Source: Candidatus Falkowbacteria bacterium (lineage in GTDB: Bacteria; Patescibacteriota; Patescibacteriia; UBA11705; JACRDX01). From it: 31,133 nucleotides of DNA. The translations under genes were made by a program, and so were the position numbers. Below, one piece after another: positions 1 through 8,559 of this stretch (the first letter of the stretch is position 1; every line of letters starts with the position of its first letter). Where the stretch lies: assembly GCA_016212745.1 (NCBI GenBank), contig JACRDX010000020.1, positions 1 to 31,133 on the forward strand. Reading direction: 5' to 3'. The notes beneath the pieces are model-generated. The model was not told the DNA's origin. It did not search any database and saw only the letters and a list, made by a program, of their open reading frames with translations.

Positions 1-135
1 AGGGAGTCTTGCTTCGTAGGTTTCAAATATTGTAACAAATTTGGGAATAACGGCGGCAAGAATAAAGGTAACAATTACCACTGCTACAATTACCAATACT
101 ATCGGATAACTCATTGCTGATTTTATACGGCTTGA
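1..135 (-). pseudogene. pilC: Fragment of type II secretion/type IV pilus platform protein (PilC/GspF family); runs off window start and lacks its N-terminal part
   Basis: Minus-strand translation of 135->1 reads (SSRIKSA)[38 protein letters not shown], matching the PilC/GspF pattern K-I-K-S-A-M-x-Y-P, hydrophobic helix, V-I-P-x-F-x-x-I-F, L-P. Not in the ORF track. Confidence 0.75.
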
Positions 136-148
136 AATTGAAAAATAC

Positions 149-1768
149 ATGCGCGTTAAAATCTGTCCGAGTTGCAAAGGTCGCAGGCTGAAGCGCGAAA
201 GTTTGGCTGTCACTGTCGCGGATTTGTCAATCGCTGATTTTACCGAAATGCCCGTTGAAACTTTATTTGAAAAAATAGAAACATTAGAATTAACAGCGCG
301 AGAAAATCAAATAACAAGGCAATTGTTGGTTGAAATAAAAACGCGGCTGCGGTTTATAATTGATGTTGGGTTAAATTATTTGTCTTTAAGCAGAAGCGCA
401 CTGACGTTGTCCGGCGGAGAAGCTCAACGTTTGCGGCTGGCAACCCAACTGGGTGCTTCTTTATCGCAAGTGATTTATGTTTTGGACGAGCCAACAATAG
501 GTCTGCATCCGAATGATACAGAGCAATTGATTAAAACCTTGCGGCTATTGCAGGACAAACCAAATACGGTTTTAGTTGTTGAACATGACAAAGACGTGAT
601 GATGGCTGCTGACGAAATTATTGATATTGGCCCTGGCGCTGGAATTCTTGGCGGCAAGGTGGTCGCGCAAGGAACGCCAAGCGAAATTTCAAATGATGAA
701 AATTCTTTGACTGGCCAGTATTTGCGCGGCAAAAAGAACGTCGGCATTTTGAATAAATTGCCGCGCAAAAAACAAACGTCTTTGTTTATTAAAGGCGCCA
801 AAGCGTTTAATCTAAAAAACATTGATGTTGAAATTCCACTTGGCCAGTTCGTTTGCGTGACAGGTGTTTCTGGTTCTGGAAAATCAACATTAATTGTTGA
901 AATTTTGTCCAAAGCAATTAGCCAGCATTTGTACGGCGCGAAAGAATTGCCAGCTGAACATTTGTCAATCATTGGCTTGGATAAACTTAACAAGGCGATT
1001 TCAATTGACCAATCGCCAATCGGTCGCAGCCCGCGCTCTAATCCAGCGACATACACTGGCGTGTTTTCGTACATCCGCGACTTGTTCACGCAAATGCCAG
1101 AAGCGAAAATAAAAGGGTATGATGCTGGATATTTTAGTTTTAACGTGAAGGGCGGCGGCAGGTGCGAAAATTGCAAAGGCGATGGTTATGTGCGCGTGGA
1201 AATGCAATTTTTGCCAGACGTTTATGTTTTGTGCGAAGAGTGCAAGGGCAAGCGCTACAAAAAAGAAATTTTGGAAGTGCATTATAAACGAAAAAATATC
1301 GCGGATATTCTGGACATGACCGTGCAGGAAGCCAAAGAATTTTTTTCTGACATTCCGGCGATTTGCGACAAATTGAAAGTGCTTGATGAAGTCGGTCTTG
1401 GCTACATCAGCTTGGGTCAGCCGGCAAATACTTTGTCCGGCGGTGAGGCGCAGAGAATAAAATTGGCAACCGAGTTGTCGCGCTATGGCACTGGCAAAAC
1501 TTTGTATATTTTGGATGAGCCGACAACCGGTTTGCATTTTGAAGATATTAATAAGTTGTTGATTGTTTTGGAAAAGCTGGTTAGCAAAGGAAACAGCGTT
1601 GTGGTGATTGAGCACAATATGGAGGTGATAAAAAACGCTGATTGGGTAATTGATTTGGGGCCGGGCGGTGGAGATAAAGGCGGAGAAGTTGTCGCGTGTG
1701 GAACGCCGCGCGATATTACGAAAAATACCAGGTCATTGACCGGCAAATTTCTGAAGAAAATTATTTAA
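149..1768 (+). CDS. uvrA: Excinuclease ABC subunit A, C-terminal ~540 aa only (5'-truncated)
   Basis: CPSC zinc-finger half, LSGGEAQR signature twice, Walker B YVLDEP/YILDEP, second Walker [17 protein letters not shown] zinc finger. First Walker A is absent and there is an in-frame TAA at 107-109. Confidence 0.95.
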   Translation: MRVKICPSCKGRRLKRESLAVTVADLSIADFTEMPVETLFEKIETLELTARENQITRQLLVEIKTRLRFIIDVGLNYLSLSRSALTLSGGEAQRLRLATQLGASLSQVIYVLDEPTIGLHPNDTEQLIKTLRLLQDKPNTVLVVEHDKDVMMAADEIIDIGPGAGILGGKVVAQGTPSEISNDENSLTGQYLRGKKNVGILNKLPRKKQTSLFIKGAKAFNLKNIDVEIPLGQFVCVTGVSGSGKSTLIVEILSKAISQHLYGAKELPAEHLSIIGLDKLNKAISIDQSPIGRSPRSNPATYTGVFSYIRDLFTQMPEAKIKGYDAGYFSFNVKGGGRCENCKGDGYVRVEMQFLPDVYVLCEECKGKRYKKEILEVHYKRKNIADILDMTVQEAKEFFSDIPAICDKLKVLDEVGLGYISLGQPANTLSGGEAQRIKLATELSRYGTGKTLYILDEPTTGLHFEDINKLLIVLEKLVSKGNSVVVIEHNMEVIKNADWVIDLGPGGGDKGGEVVACGTPRDITKNTRSLTGKFLKKII

Positions 1769-2105
1769 TTTCTTTTAATCGTTTGTGTTTTTTGCGCAAA
1801 TATCCTAATTTCGCGCGGCGCACTTTGAAAGTTTTTTCTATCTCAACGCCAGCGATTATCGGTGAATAAATAGGAAATATTTTTTCCACTCCGATTCCGT
1901 CGGAAAGTTTACGAACCGTCATTGTCGCGTTGTTTTGTTTGCCATGTTTGCGAGCAAGAACATCGCCTTCAAAAACCTGAACGCGCTCTTTTTCTTCGCC
2001 CTTGGCATTAACTTCTTTGATAAGTTGATGCACTTTAATGTGCATGCCAGCTCTGATAGAGTCTAAAATTTCTTTTTTATTCTCTTGCTTAATAATTTTT
2101 GCCAT
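1761..2105 (-). CDS. rplS: 50S ribosomal protein L19
   Basis: [29 protein letters not shown] and [11 protein letters not shown] motifs. Confidence 0.97.
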   Translation of the reverse strand: MAKIIKQENKKEILDSIRAGMHIKVHQLIKEVNAKGEEKERVQVFEGDVLARKHGKQNNATMTVRKLSDGIGVEKIFPIYSPIIAGVEIEKTFKVRRAKLGYLRKKHKRLKEIK

Positions 2106-2148
2106 AAAATTAGTTGCGATTGTTGTGTATGCGGGCAGGATAGCAAGC

Positions 2149-2709
2149 TTATTTCAAAAAGTCAATGATATACTTTTTAATTTCTTGCACTGTTTTAGAT
2201 ATGGCCCCTTCTTCGTTGATAACTGTAAAATCGCACATGTCAGCATAGTTTAATTCTTCTTGGACGGCTGCCCAACGTTGCGTGAATGCTTCATTGTTCA
2301 TTGGTCGTTGTTTCATTCTTTTTGCCAAATTTTCGTTATTGTCCGGCAGAATAAAAATGACTTTGGCTTGCGGAAAAACAGTCCTGATTGTTTTTGCGCC
2401 TTGCACGTCAACTATCATTAGCGCGACGTTGTTGCTTTTCCAAATTTTTTCCAAATCTTCGCGGCTATTTCCATAATAGTTGTCATAAACTTCTGCGTGT
2501 TCAAAAAAATCCCCTTTATCTTTGCGATTTAAAAATTCTTCAACTTTGATGAAATTATAATCAATGCCATTTTTTTCGTTGGGACGCGGCTGTCGCGTTG
2601 TGTATGTCACAACGCGGTGCATGTTTGGCATTTGTTTTAGCAATGCCAATCCTACCGTTGTTTTTCCTACGCCAGACGGACCGGTGATGATGAACAAAGT
2701 GTTTGTCAT
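2149..2709 (-). CDS. gmk: Guanylate kinase
   Basis: P-loop [40 protein letters not shown]. Confidence 0.96.
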   Translation of the reverse strand: MTNTLFIITGPSGVGKTTVGLALLKQMPNMHRVVTYTTRQPRPNEKNGIDYNFIKVEEFLNRKDKGDFFEHAEVYDNYYGNSREDLEKIWKSNNVALMIVDVQGAKTIRTVFPQAKVIFILPDNNENLAKRMKQRPMNNEAFTQRWAAVQEELNYADMCDFTVINEEGAISKTVQEIKKYIIDFLK

Positions 2710-4208
2710 AAATTTTTTAAATATTGCATCGCGGCTTCTTTTGTTGTTAGTTTGCCGTTTAATTGCAATTCGCGCAGTTGTTCTTTTATTTCAGCGATGC
2801 GTTTGCTTGGTTTAATGTTAAGAACGGCCATGATTTCGTCGCCAGACAGCAAATCTGTGCTACCGCGCGATTTTGTTGGAAGATGATTTTTCATTTCCTG
2901 CACGCGGGTTTTTATGTCGCGATAATTTTGATGCGTTTCCAGACCATCTTCGCGTACAGAGCAAAGCGCGTCCAGCCAAAGCAGTGTCAAAAGGTCTTGT
3001 CCGTGTTTGCCCATGTAATATTTTTCTATTGTTGTGCTTTTCATTCCTGCGATATTTCCTTGCATTGTCACCATGTGATTACGAACCAGAAAAACTATTT
3101 TGTTGGTTTCTGCTCGTGAAAGTTTTAAACGTTCGCAAGTTGTTTTTGCGATTTTCGCACCCTCAATGTCATGTCCGTAAAATCTGACAAACTGCTCGCC
3201 ATTTTCTTCAACTGTCACGCGCGTTTTTGCTTTGCCAGCATCGTGTAAAAGTAGCGCCAAAATAAAATCCGGTTTAATTTTTAATTTTGGAAATTCTTTT
3301 TTGAATTCAGTTGTTTCCATTTTTTCCAAAATCAGCATTGTGTGTGTCCAAACATCGCCTTCGCTGTGCCATTTGTGCGGCTGTTCGCATCCTTTTGTTG
3401 CCAAAAGTTCGGGCATTATAAAATCTAAAGCGCGCGATTCGTCCAAAAGTTTAATTGCCAAACGCGGATTGTCCTTTAACGATTTCATTATTTCTTTGCC
3501 AATGGTTTCCGCAGGGACAATCCGCTGTTCTTTGTTATCAACCATTCGCGTGCCGTTTATTTTCGGCATTAATGTTTTTATCGCATTCCATGTTTTATCT
3601 TCAATTTTAAAATTGAAACGGCACGCGAAACGAATCGCGCGCAACATTCGCGAGTAATCTTCGTGAAATCTTTTTTCCGCGTCTCCAACGCACCTGATGA
3701 TTTTGTTTGCCAAATCAGCTTGGCCATTAAACGGGTCAATCAGTTTTTGATTTTTTATATCCCACGCCATCGCATTGATTGTTATGTCCCTGCGCGATAA
3801 ATCTTCTTCAATTGGCATTGCTGGATCTGCCTGCGCTTCCATGTCGCGGTATCCGCCAGTGCCAGTTGCGAAATCTTTTCGCGGCAAAGCAATGTCAATC
3901 GCGTCTTTTAATTTCGCGTTGGCTGGTAAAAATTTTAATACACCAAAATTGGCGCCAACCAAATCTACTGTGCCAAGCGTTCCCAGCGCGTTAATTAATT
4001 TTTGCAATGGAACGTTGCGGCAAACAAAATCATAATCTTTGCCTTTTGGCTTGTTTAACAAAATGTCGCGCGTCATTCCGCCGACCAAATAAAATTCTGC
4101 TTCAGGTAATTTGCTGAATATGTCATTAAACAATTTGTTAAAATCGCAGCTTTTTTCGCTGGCGAACTTTTTGGTAAACTTAGTTGCTATTTCTGGCATA
4201 TTATTCAT
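2706..4208 (-). CDS. cca: Class II CCA-adding tRNA nucleotidyltransferase with HD domain
   Basis: YLVGGMTRD, DYDF, DLSRRDITINAMA, FHEDYSRMLRAIRF, HSEGDVWTHT and LLHDAGK motifs. Start could also be 4199. Confidence 0.9.
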   Translation of the reverse strand: MNNMPEIATKFTKKFASEKSCDFNKLFNDIFSKLPEAEFYLVGGMTRDILLNKPKGKDYDFVCRNVPLQKLINALGTLGTVDLVGANFGVLKFLPANAKLKDAIDIALPRKDFATGTGGYRDMEAQADPAMPIEEDLSRRDITINAMAWDIKNQKLIDPFNGQADLANKIIRCVGDAEKRFHEDYSRMLRAIRFACRFNFKIEDKTWNAIKTLMPKINGTRMVDNKEQRIVPAETIGKEIMKSLKDNPRLAIKLLDESRALDFIMPELLATKGCEQPHKWHSEGDVWTHTMLILEKMETTEFKKEFPKLKIKPDFILALLLHDAGKAKTRVTVEENGEQFVRFYGHDIEGAKIAKTTCERLKLSRAETNKIVFLVRNHMVTMQGNIAGMKSTTIEKYYMGKHGQDLLTLLWLDALCSVREDGLETHQNYRDIKTRVQEMKNHLPTKSRGSTDLLSGDEIMAVLNIKPSKRIAEIKEQLRELQLNGKLTTKEAAMQYLKNL

Positions 4209-4238
4209 GGTACGTGTTGATTGTTGGTTGCATCGCTA

Positions 4239-4336
4239 CATAGCTACCGACCCACGGATTCTACGGATTAACTACGGATGTATTATCCGTAGAAATCTGT
4301 AGCCTAATCCGTAGCATCCGTAGTTCTGTAGTCATG
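4239..4336. repeat. Empty 7-bp-periodic palindromic element (CTACGGA / TCCGTAG arms, TATTA centre)
   Basis: catagctaccgacccacggattctacggattaactacggatg-TATTA-tccgtagaaatctgtagcctaatccgtagcatccgtagttctgtagtcatg; both arms match the flanks of the GxxExxY gene at 28253-28727. Confidence 0.9.
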
Positions 4337-4349
4337 GTAGCATTTGCGT

Positions 4350-5318
4350 TCAAACTGGTAAATGGCGTTTTGTGATGGATTTTAATATTGCAGCAAGGTC
4401 AGCGGGTAATGCTGACTCAAATGTTTGTTGCTCGCCGCAAGGGTCAGTAAACGTTAATTTTGCCGCGTGAAGAAATGGGCGAGATATATTCAATTTTTCG
4501 TTTTGTAAAATGTCTTTTTTGTTCGCGTATTTTTTGTCGCCGACAATAGCGTGGTCAAGCGCGAAAAAGTGCACACGCAATTGATTTGTTCTGCCGGTTA
4601 TTGGCAAAGCATTTACCAATGTGAAATTTCTGAATGTCTGAATTGTTTCGTAAGTTGTCAGCGATGGTTTTCCTTTGCCAGAGCCAAACGGGTGCGCTGC
4701 CATTTTGGGTTCGTCGGCTTTTCTGCTGATTTCAAAATTTATTTCGCCTTCGGATTTATCAAGTTTGCCATGAATTAACGCGATATATTCTTTTTTGATT
4801 TTTTTGTGGCGCATTTGCTCTTTGAAAAAATCAAAAGCGTTTTGCGTTTTTGCAATGAGCATTAAACCTGAAACATCGCGGTCCAGTCGGTGGATTATTC
4901 CCGGCCGGAATGTCTCATCGTCGCGCACCAAAGATTCTGTGTCAGCGATTTTCGCGATTTCAGGATATTTTTTTATGAGCCAACTAACAACAGATGGTTC
5001 GTTTTCTTTTGCAGAATGGACAATCAAGCCTGCGGGTTTTTCAATCACTAGATAATCCGCGGTTTCTTTAATTATTGCGGGTTGGGTAAGGTTGTTGGAT
5101 ACAGCTGATTTAACGTTCGTTGTGGGTTGTTTGCCGGCATCATTTACAACGATTTTGTCTCCAAATTTTAATACACAATTTGCTTTTTCTTGTTTGTCAT
5201 TAACAAAAACAACGCTGGATTTTATTATTTTTTGAATTTGGCTACGAGTTTGCCCTAATGTTTCCGCGAGAAAAACATCCAATCGTTTTTTTTCTGCTTC
5301 CTTAAAAGTCATTCTCAT
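4350..5318 (-). CDS. rluD: RluA/RluD family 23S rRNA pseudouridine synthase with N-terminal S4 domain
   Basis: RLDVFLAE..TRSQIQK S4 motif, RPGIIHRLDRDVSG catalytic motif, TGRTNQLRVH, FLHAAKL. Confidence 0.9.
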   Translation of the reverse strand: MRMTFKEAEKKRLDVFLAETLGQTRSQIQKIIKSSVVFVNDKQEKANCVLKFGDKIVVNDAGKQPTTNVKSAVSNNLTQPAIIKETADYLVIEKPAGLIVHSAKENEPSVVSWLIKKYPEIAKIADTESLVRDDETFRPGIIHRLDRDVSGLMLIAKTQNAFDFFKEQMRHKKIKKEYIALIHGKLDKSEGEINFEISRKADEPKMAAHPFGSGKGKPSLTTYETIQTFRNFTLVNALPITGRTNQLRVHFFALDHAIVGDKKYANKKDILQNEKLNISRPFLHAAKLTFTDPCGEQQTFESALPADLAAILKSITKRHLPV

Positions 5319-5355
5319 ATTATTCTAATTTACCATTTTTACGACAAAGATGGAA

Positions 5356-5400
5356 GTAGAGACGCGGCACTGCTCGCCTCGGCGAAGCGAGCCACGTCTC
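5356..5400. repeat. GTAG-type REP-like palindrome with a second hairpin nested in its loop
   Basis: gtagagacgcggca-ctg[ctcgcctcggcgaagcga]-gccacgtctc; outer arms are identical to the reverse complement of the palindrome inside der (30657-30684). Confidence 0.8.
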
Positions 5401-5457
5401 ACGCATTTGTCCTTGGTTACAATGTAACCAAGGATTTTTTGTTTTTATTTTAAAAAG

Positions 5458-5486
5458 TTGTTTATATTGGAAGATTAAGATATAAT
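5458..5486 (+). promoter_or_regulatory. Putative sigma70 promoter of the secreted peptidase gene
   Basis: TTGTTT-17 bp-TATAAT. Confidence 0.55.
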
Positions 5487-5491
5487 GAAAA

Positions 5492-7147
5492 ATGGTAAAA
5501 AATAATTTTACAAATATGACAAAAAACAAATTTTTTGTTATTGCCACGGTCATGACAATATTGGTGTTGGTCATTGGAGTGAATTTTGCTAACGCGGCAT
5601 CATTGGCAAGCAAATTAAAAGGCCGAATTTTATTGCAGGTGGAAAGCAAGGGCGAGGCATGGTACATTTACCCGGGAAATTTTAAAAAGTATTATTTGGG
5701 AAAGCCGGCAGATGCTTTGGATGTAATGAAAAAATTGGGACTTGGCGCAAAGCATGAGACCATTATTAAATACACCGTTTTTCCAAAAGGTCTTTGGGGC
5801 AAAATTTTGTTGGATGTTGATGACATGGGCAAAGCCTATTACATTTATCCGGTGAATGGCAAAGGATATTATTTGGGAAAACCAGCAGACGCGCTTGAGG
5901 TTATGCGGACATTAGGACTTGGAATTACAAACGCGAATTTGGCGACAATAACATCGTCAGACGCGGCTGCGCCAGAAGTCAGTGTTGCGCCGGCCGATTC
6001 GTCAACAGACACCGTTGAATTGATAAAAAGCAAATATTCTTGCGCTGTTTGCAAATCAAATGAAAAATGCGTAGCTGGAAAATGCACAGCAATTGCGCTT
6101 GAGCATAAAAATGTTTGCGGAAATTTTGTCTGCGAAGAAGGTGAATCTTATGATGGAAAAGTAGCAAAATCTGTTGGCGGCACCCAATGCGCCTTGGATT
6201 GTTCAGCCCCATGCACCGGCGAATATTGCAATAGTTATGCGCAAATTGAATGCGCGTGCGATGAATACGACGCTTTGGCAGAGCGGCATGGTTGCATTGC
6301 CAGCGCGAAAAAATGCGGAAATTGCGGTGCAATGGAAAAATTGTTTGATTCAGTTTTAACTATCCAGACAGACGTTATTAAATGCTTGTCTGATTATTTT
6401 CAATATAAACCAGCGAGAGTTTTGTATAAAGTTTTTTATAATCCAGGGGAACCATGCCAATCAAAAAGCGGTTGCAAAGGAAACGAAGGTGGTGCGGCTG
6501 GGCCTGATTATATAATGTTCCCAACGATAAATGGGTTTCATCAATATGGTCAAATTTTGCCGATAAAGGCAAGTGAGGTGACGGCCGATGTGCACGAAAC
6601 AACGCATTACTTTTTATATCAAATGTTGCATGGAATTCCGAGTTGGTTTCATGAGGCAATTGCCATTCAGACAAATGAGCGGTTGAATTGCGTAAGCAGT
6701 CAGCAATCTTGGGGCGACTATTATTTGTATGAAAAAGAAAAAGGCATTGGTGGCATAAATATGGCCGACGGCAATTATTTGACGTATGACTATTATCGCA
6801 AATTGAAAAAAGGACAAGTCAGTTTGAGTTCAAAAGAAAAAGAAGACCATTATCTAACAGGAACAATATTTGTCATGGGCTTAAAGGACGATTATAAATG
6901 CGGATTTAATTGTGTCAAAGATATTGTGATTAAATTGCGCGAAAAAGAACAAACCAATTGCATGTTTGGAATAGGTGAAAATTGCAGCGTGGTCAATTAT
7001 GGCACAACATGGGGTATGTTCTGGCTTGGTAATGGAGACAAAGAAGGCGGTGAATTGGCGGCAAATAAATTGATAAAAGCAACAGTTGAAGAAGTTGTTG
7101 GCAAAAGCGTAGAGCCGTTGTTTGATTTGTTAAATATCAAATATTAA
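5492..7147 (+). CDS. Secreted multidomain protein: signal peptide, tandem CPR-type surface repeat, Cys-rich region, HExxH zinc metallopeptidase domain
   Basis: Signal ending ANA-A; two copies of L(K/W)G(R/K)ILLxV..GxA(W/Y)YIYP..YYLGKPADAL..M..LGLG; many Cys; VHETTH followed by WFHEAIA. Start may be 5516. Confidence 0.75.
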   Translation: MVKNNFTNMTKNKFFVIATVMTILVLVIGVNFANAASLASKLKGRILLQVESKGEAWYIYPGNFKKYYLGKPADALDVMKKLGLGAKHETIIKYTVFPKGLWGKILLDVDDMGKAYYIYPVNGKGYYLGKPADALEVMRTLGLGITNANLATITSSDAAAPEVSVAPADSSTDTVELIKSKYSCAVCKSNEKCVAGKCTAIALEHKNVCGNFVCEEGESYDGKVAKSVGGTQCALDCSAPCTGEYCNSYAQIECACDEYDALAERHGCIASAKKCGNCGAMEKLFDSVLTIQTDVIKCLSDYFQYKPARVLYKVFYNPGEPCQSKSGCKGNEGGAAGPDYIMFPTINGFHQYGQILPIKASEVTADVHETTHYFLYQMLHGIPSWFHEAIAIQTNERLNCVSSQQSWGDYYLYEKEKGIGGINMADGNYLTYDYYRKLKKGQVSLSSKEKEDHYLTGTIFVMGLKDDYKCGFNCVKDIVIKLREKEQTNCMFGIGENCSVVNYGTTWGMFWLGNGDKEGGELAANKLIKATVEEVVGKSVEPLFDLLNIKY

Positions 7148-7149
7148 AT

Positions 7150-8442
7150 ATGCAAGATTTTATCAAAGATTTTGGCAAAAAGGTCGGAAAACAGGCCTTA
7201 ATTAAGGGCTGGGTATATAATTTTCGCTCATCAGGCAAAATTGTTTTTTTGCAAGTGCGCGATGGTTCTGGCTTTTGTCAAGCAATTGTTGACCAAAAAG
7301 TCGTTGACGCGGAATCGTGGAAAATTGCCAGCAACATGACCATTGAAAGCTCGGTTGAAATTAAAGGCAAGGTTGCGAAGCATCCGAAAAAAGATGAATA
7401 TGAATTGCAAGTTGGTTCAATAAAATTTGTTCAAAAAGCAGAAGAATATTCGATTGGGAAAAAAGAACATGGTCCGGATTTTTTGCTGAAAAATCGGCAT
7501 TTGTGGCTGCGCAGCCCAAAGCAGTGGGCTATTTTGAGGATTCGCGATGAAATTATTTGGTCGCTTAGAAAATATATGCACGATAATAATTTCGTGCTGG
7601 TTGACGCTCCAATTCTGACTCGCACCGCTTGTGAAGGCACAACCGATTTATTCCATGTTGATTATTTTGGCGACGATGCCTATTTGTCGCAAAGCGGCCA
7701 GCTTTATACAGAAGCCTGCGAATATTCACTTGGTAAAACTTATTGTTTTGGCCCAACTTTTCGGGCGGAAAAATCTAAAACCAGAAAGCATTTGACCGAA
7801 TTTTGGATGATTGAGCCAGAAGTACCTTTTATGGAGTTTGAGGATTTGATGGATTTTGAGGAAGATTTTTTGTGGAATGTTATTCAGAGCGTGCTAAAAA
7901 AGAAGAGGCCGGAATTGAAAATGTTGGAAAGAGACATTCAATTTTTGGAAAATATCAAAAGACCGTTTGAAAGAATTACTTATCATGAAGCCATCAAAAT
8001 TCTTCAAGAGACGGGCGAGTCAACTATTAAAGTGGGCGATGATTTGGGCGCGGACGATGAAACCATTTTGACCAAAAAGTTTAATGGCCCAGTTTTTGTT
8101 CATCGTTTTCCAACCTCGCTAACCAACTTTTTTATGGAACCAGATCCGGTAAATCCGAAGCTGACTTTAAATGTGGATTTGCTGGCGCCAGAAGGTTATG
8201 GCGAGTTGATTGGCGGCGGCGCGCAAAGAAGCGTGGATTTGAATTTGATAGAGAAAAGAATAAAAGAGCAAAAGATAAAGAAAGAAGATTATCAATGGTA
8301 TTTGGATTTAATCAGATTTGGAGGCATGCCGCATTGTGGATTTGGCATGGGCCTTGAGCGTTGCGTGGCGTGGCTGTGTGGCATACAACATGTCCGCGAA
8401 GCGATTCCGTTTCCACGAACGGTTAACAGAATTTATCCATAA
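7150..8442 (+). CDS. asnS: Asparagine--tRNA ligase
   Basis: OB-fold GWVYNFRSSGKIVFLQVRDGSG, RHLWLRS, YLSQSGQLY, FRAEKSKTRKHLTEFWMIEPE, GFGMGLERCVAW. Confidence 0.95.
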   Translation: MQDFIKDFGKKVGKQALIKGWVYNFRSSGKIVFLQVRDGSGFCQAIVDQKVVDAESWKIASNMTIESSVEIKGKVAKHPKKDEYELQVGSIKFVQKAEEYSIGKKEHGPDFLLKNRHLWLRSPKQWAILRIRDEIIWSLRKYMHDNNFVLVDAPILTRTACEGTTDLFHVDYFGDDAYLSQSGQLYTEACEYSLGKTYCFGPTFRAEKSKTRKHLTEFWMIEPEVPFMEFEDLMDFEEDFLWNVIQSVLKKKRPELKMLERDIQFLENIKRPFERITYHEAIKILQETGESTIKVGDDLGADDETILTKKFNGPVFVHRFPTSLTNFFMEPDPVNPKLTLNVDLLAPEGYGELIGGGAQRSVDLNLIEKRIKEQKIKKEDYQWYLDLIRFGGMPHCGFGMGLERCVAWLCGIQHVREAIPFPRTVNRIYP

Positions 8443-8452
8443 ATAATAAAGG

Positions 8453-8540
8453 TCGGATATCGGTTGCGGTATCGATGCTCGTATCGTTTAACGATTGGCG
8501 GTTGCCGAAACGAGCATCGAAACCACTTACCGATTACCGA
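8453..8540. repeat. Long imperfect inverted repeat between asnS and aspS
   Basis: ~34-bp arms (8453-8486 / 8506-8540) with perfect core tcgatgctcgt/acgagcatcga. Confidence 0.8.
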
Positions 8541-8559
8541 AAAAATTGGATTTTATACT

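Noticed and set aside
4239-4336. Heptamer arrays as CRISPR arrays
   Set aside because: Units are 7 bp, have no unique spacers and are arranged head-to-head; no cas genes are present.
8464-8559. ORF-track N-terminal extensions (aspS from 8464; similarly 9925, 12612, 14672, 15174, 16499, 23536, 28321, 29820)
   Set aside because: They translate intergenic repeats or promoters; family homology or SD position supports the downstream ATGs used above.
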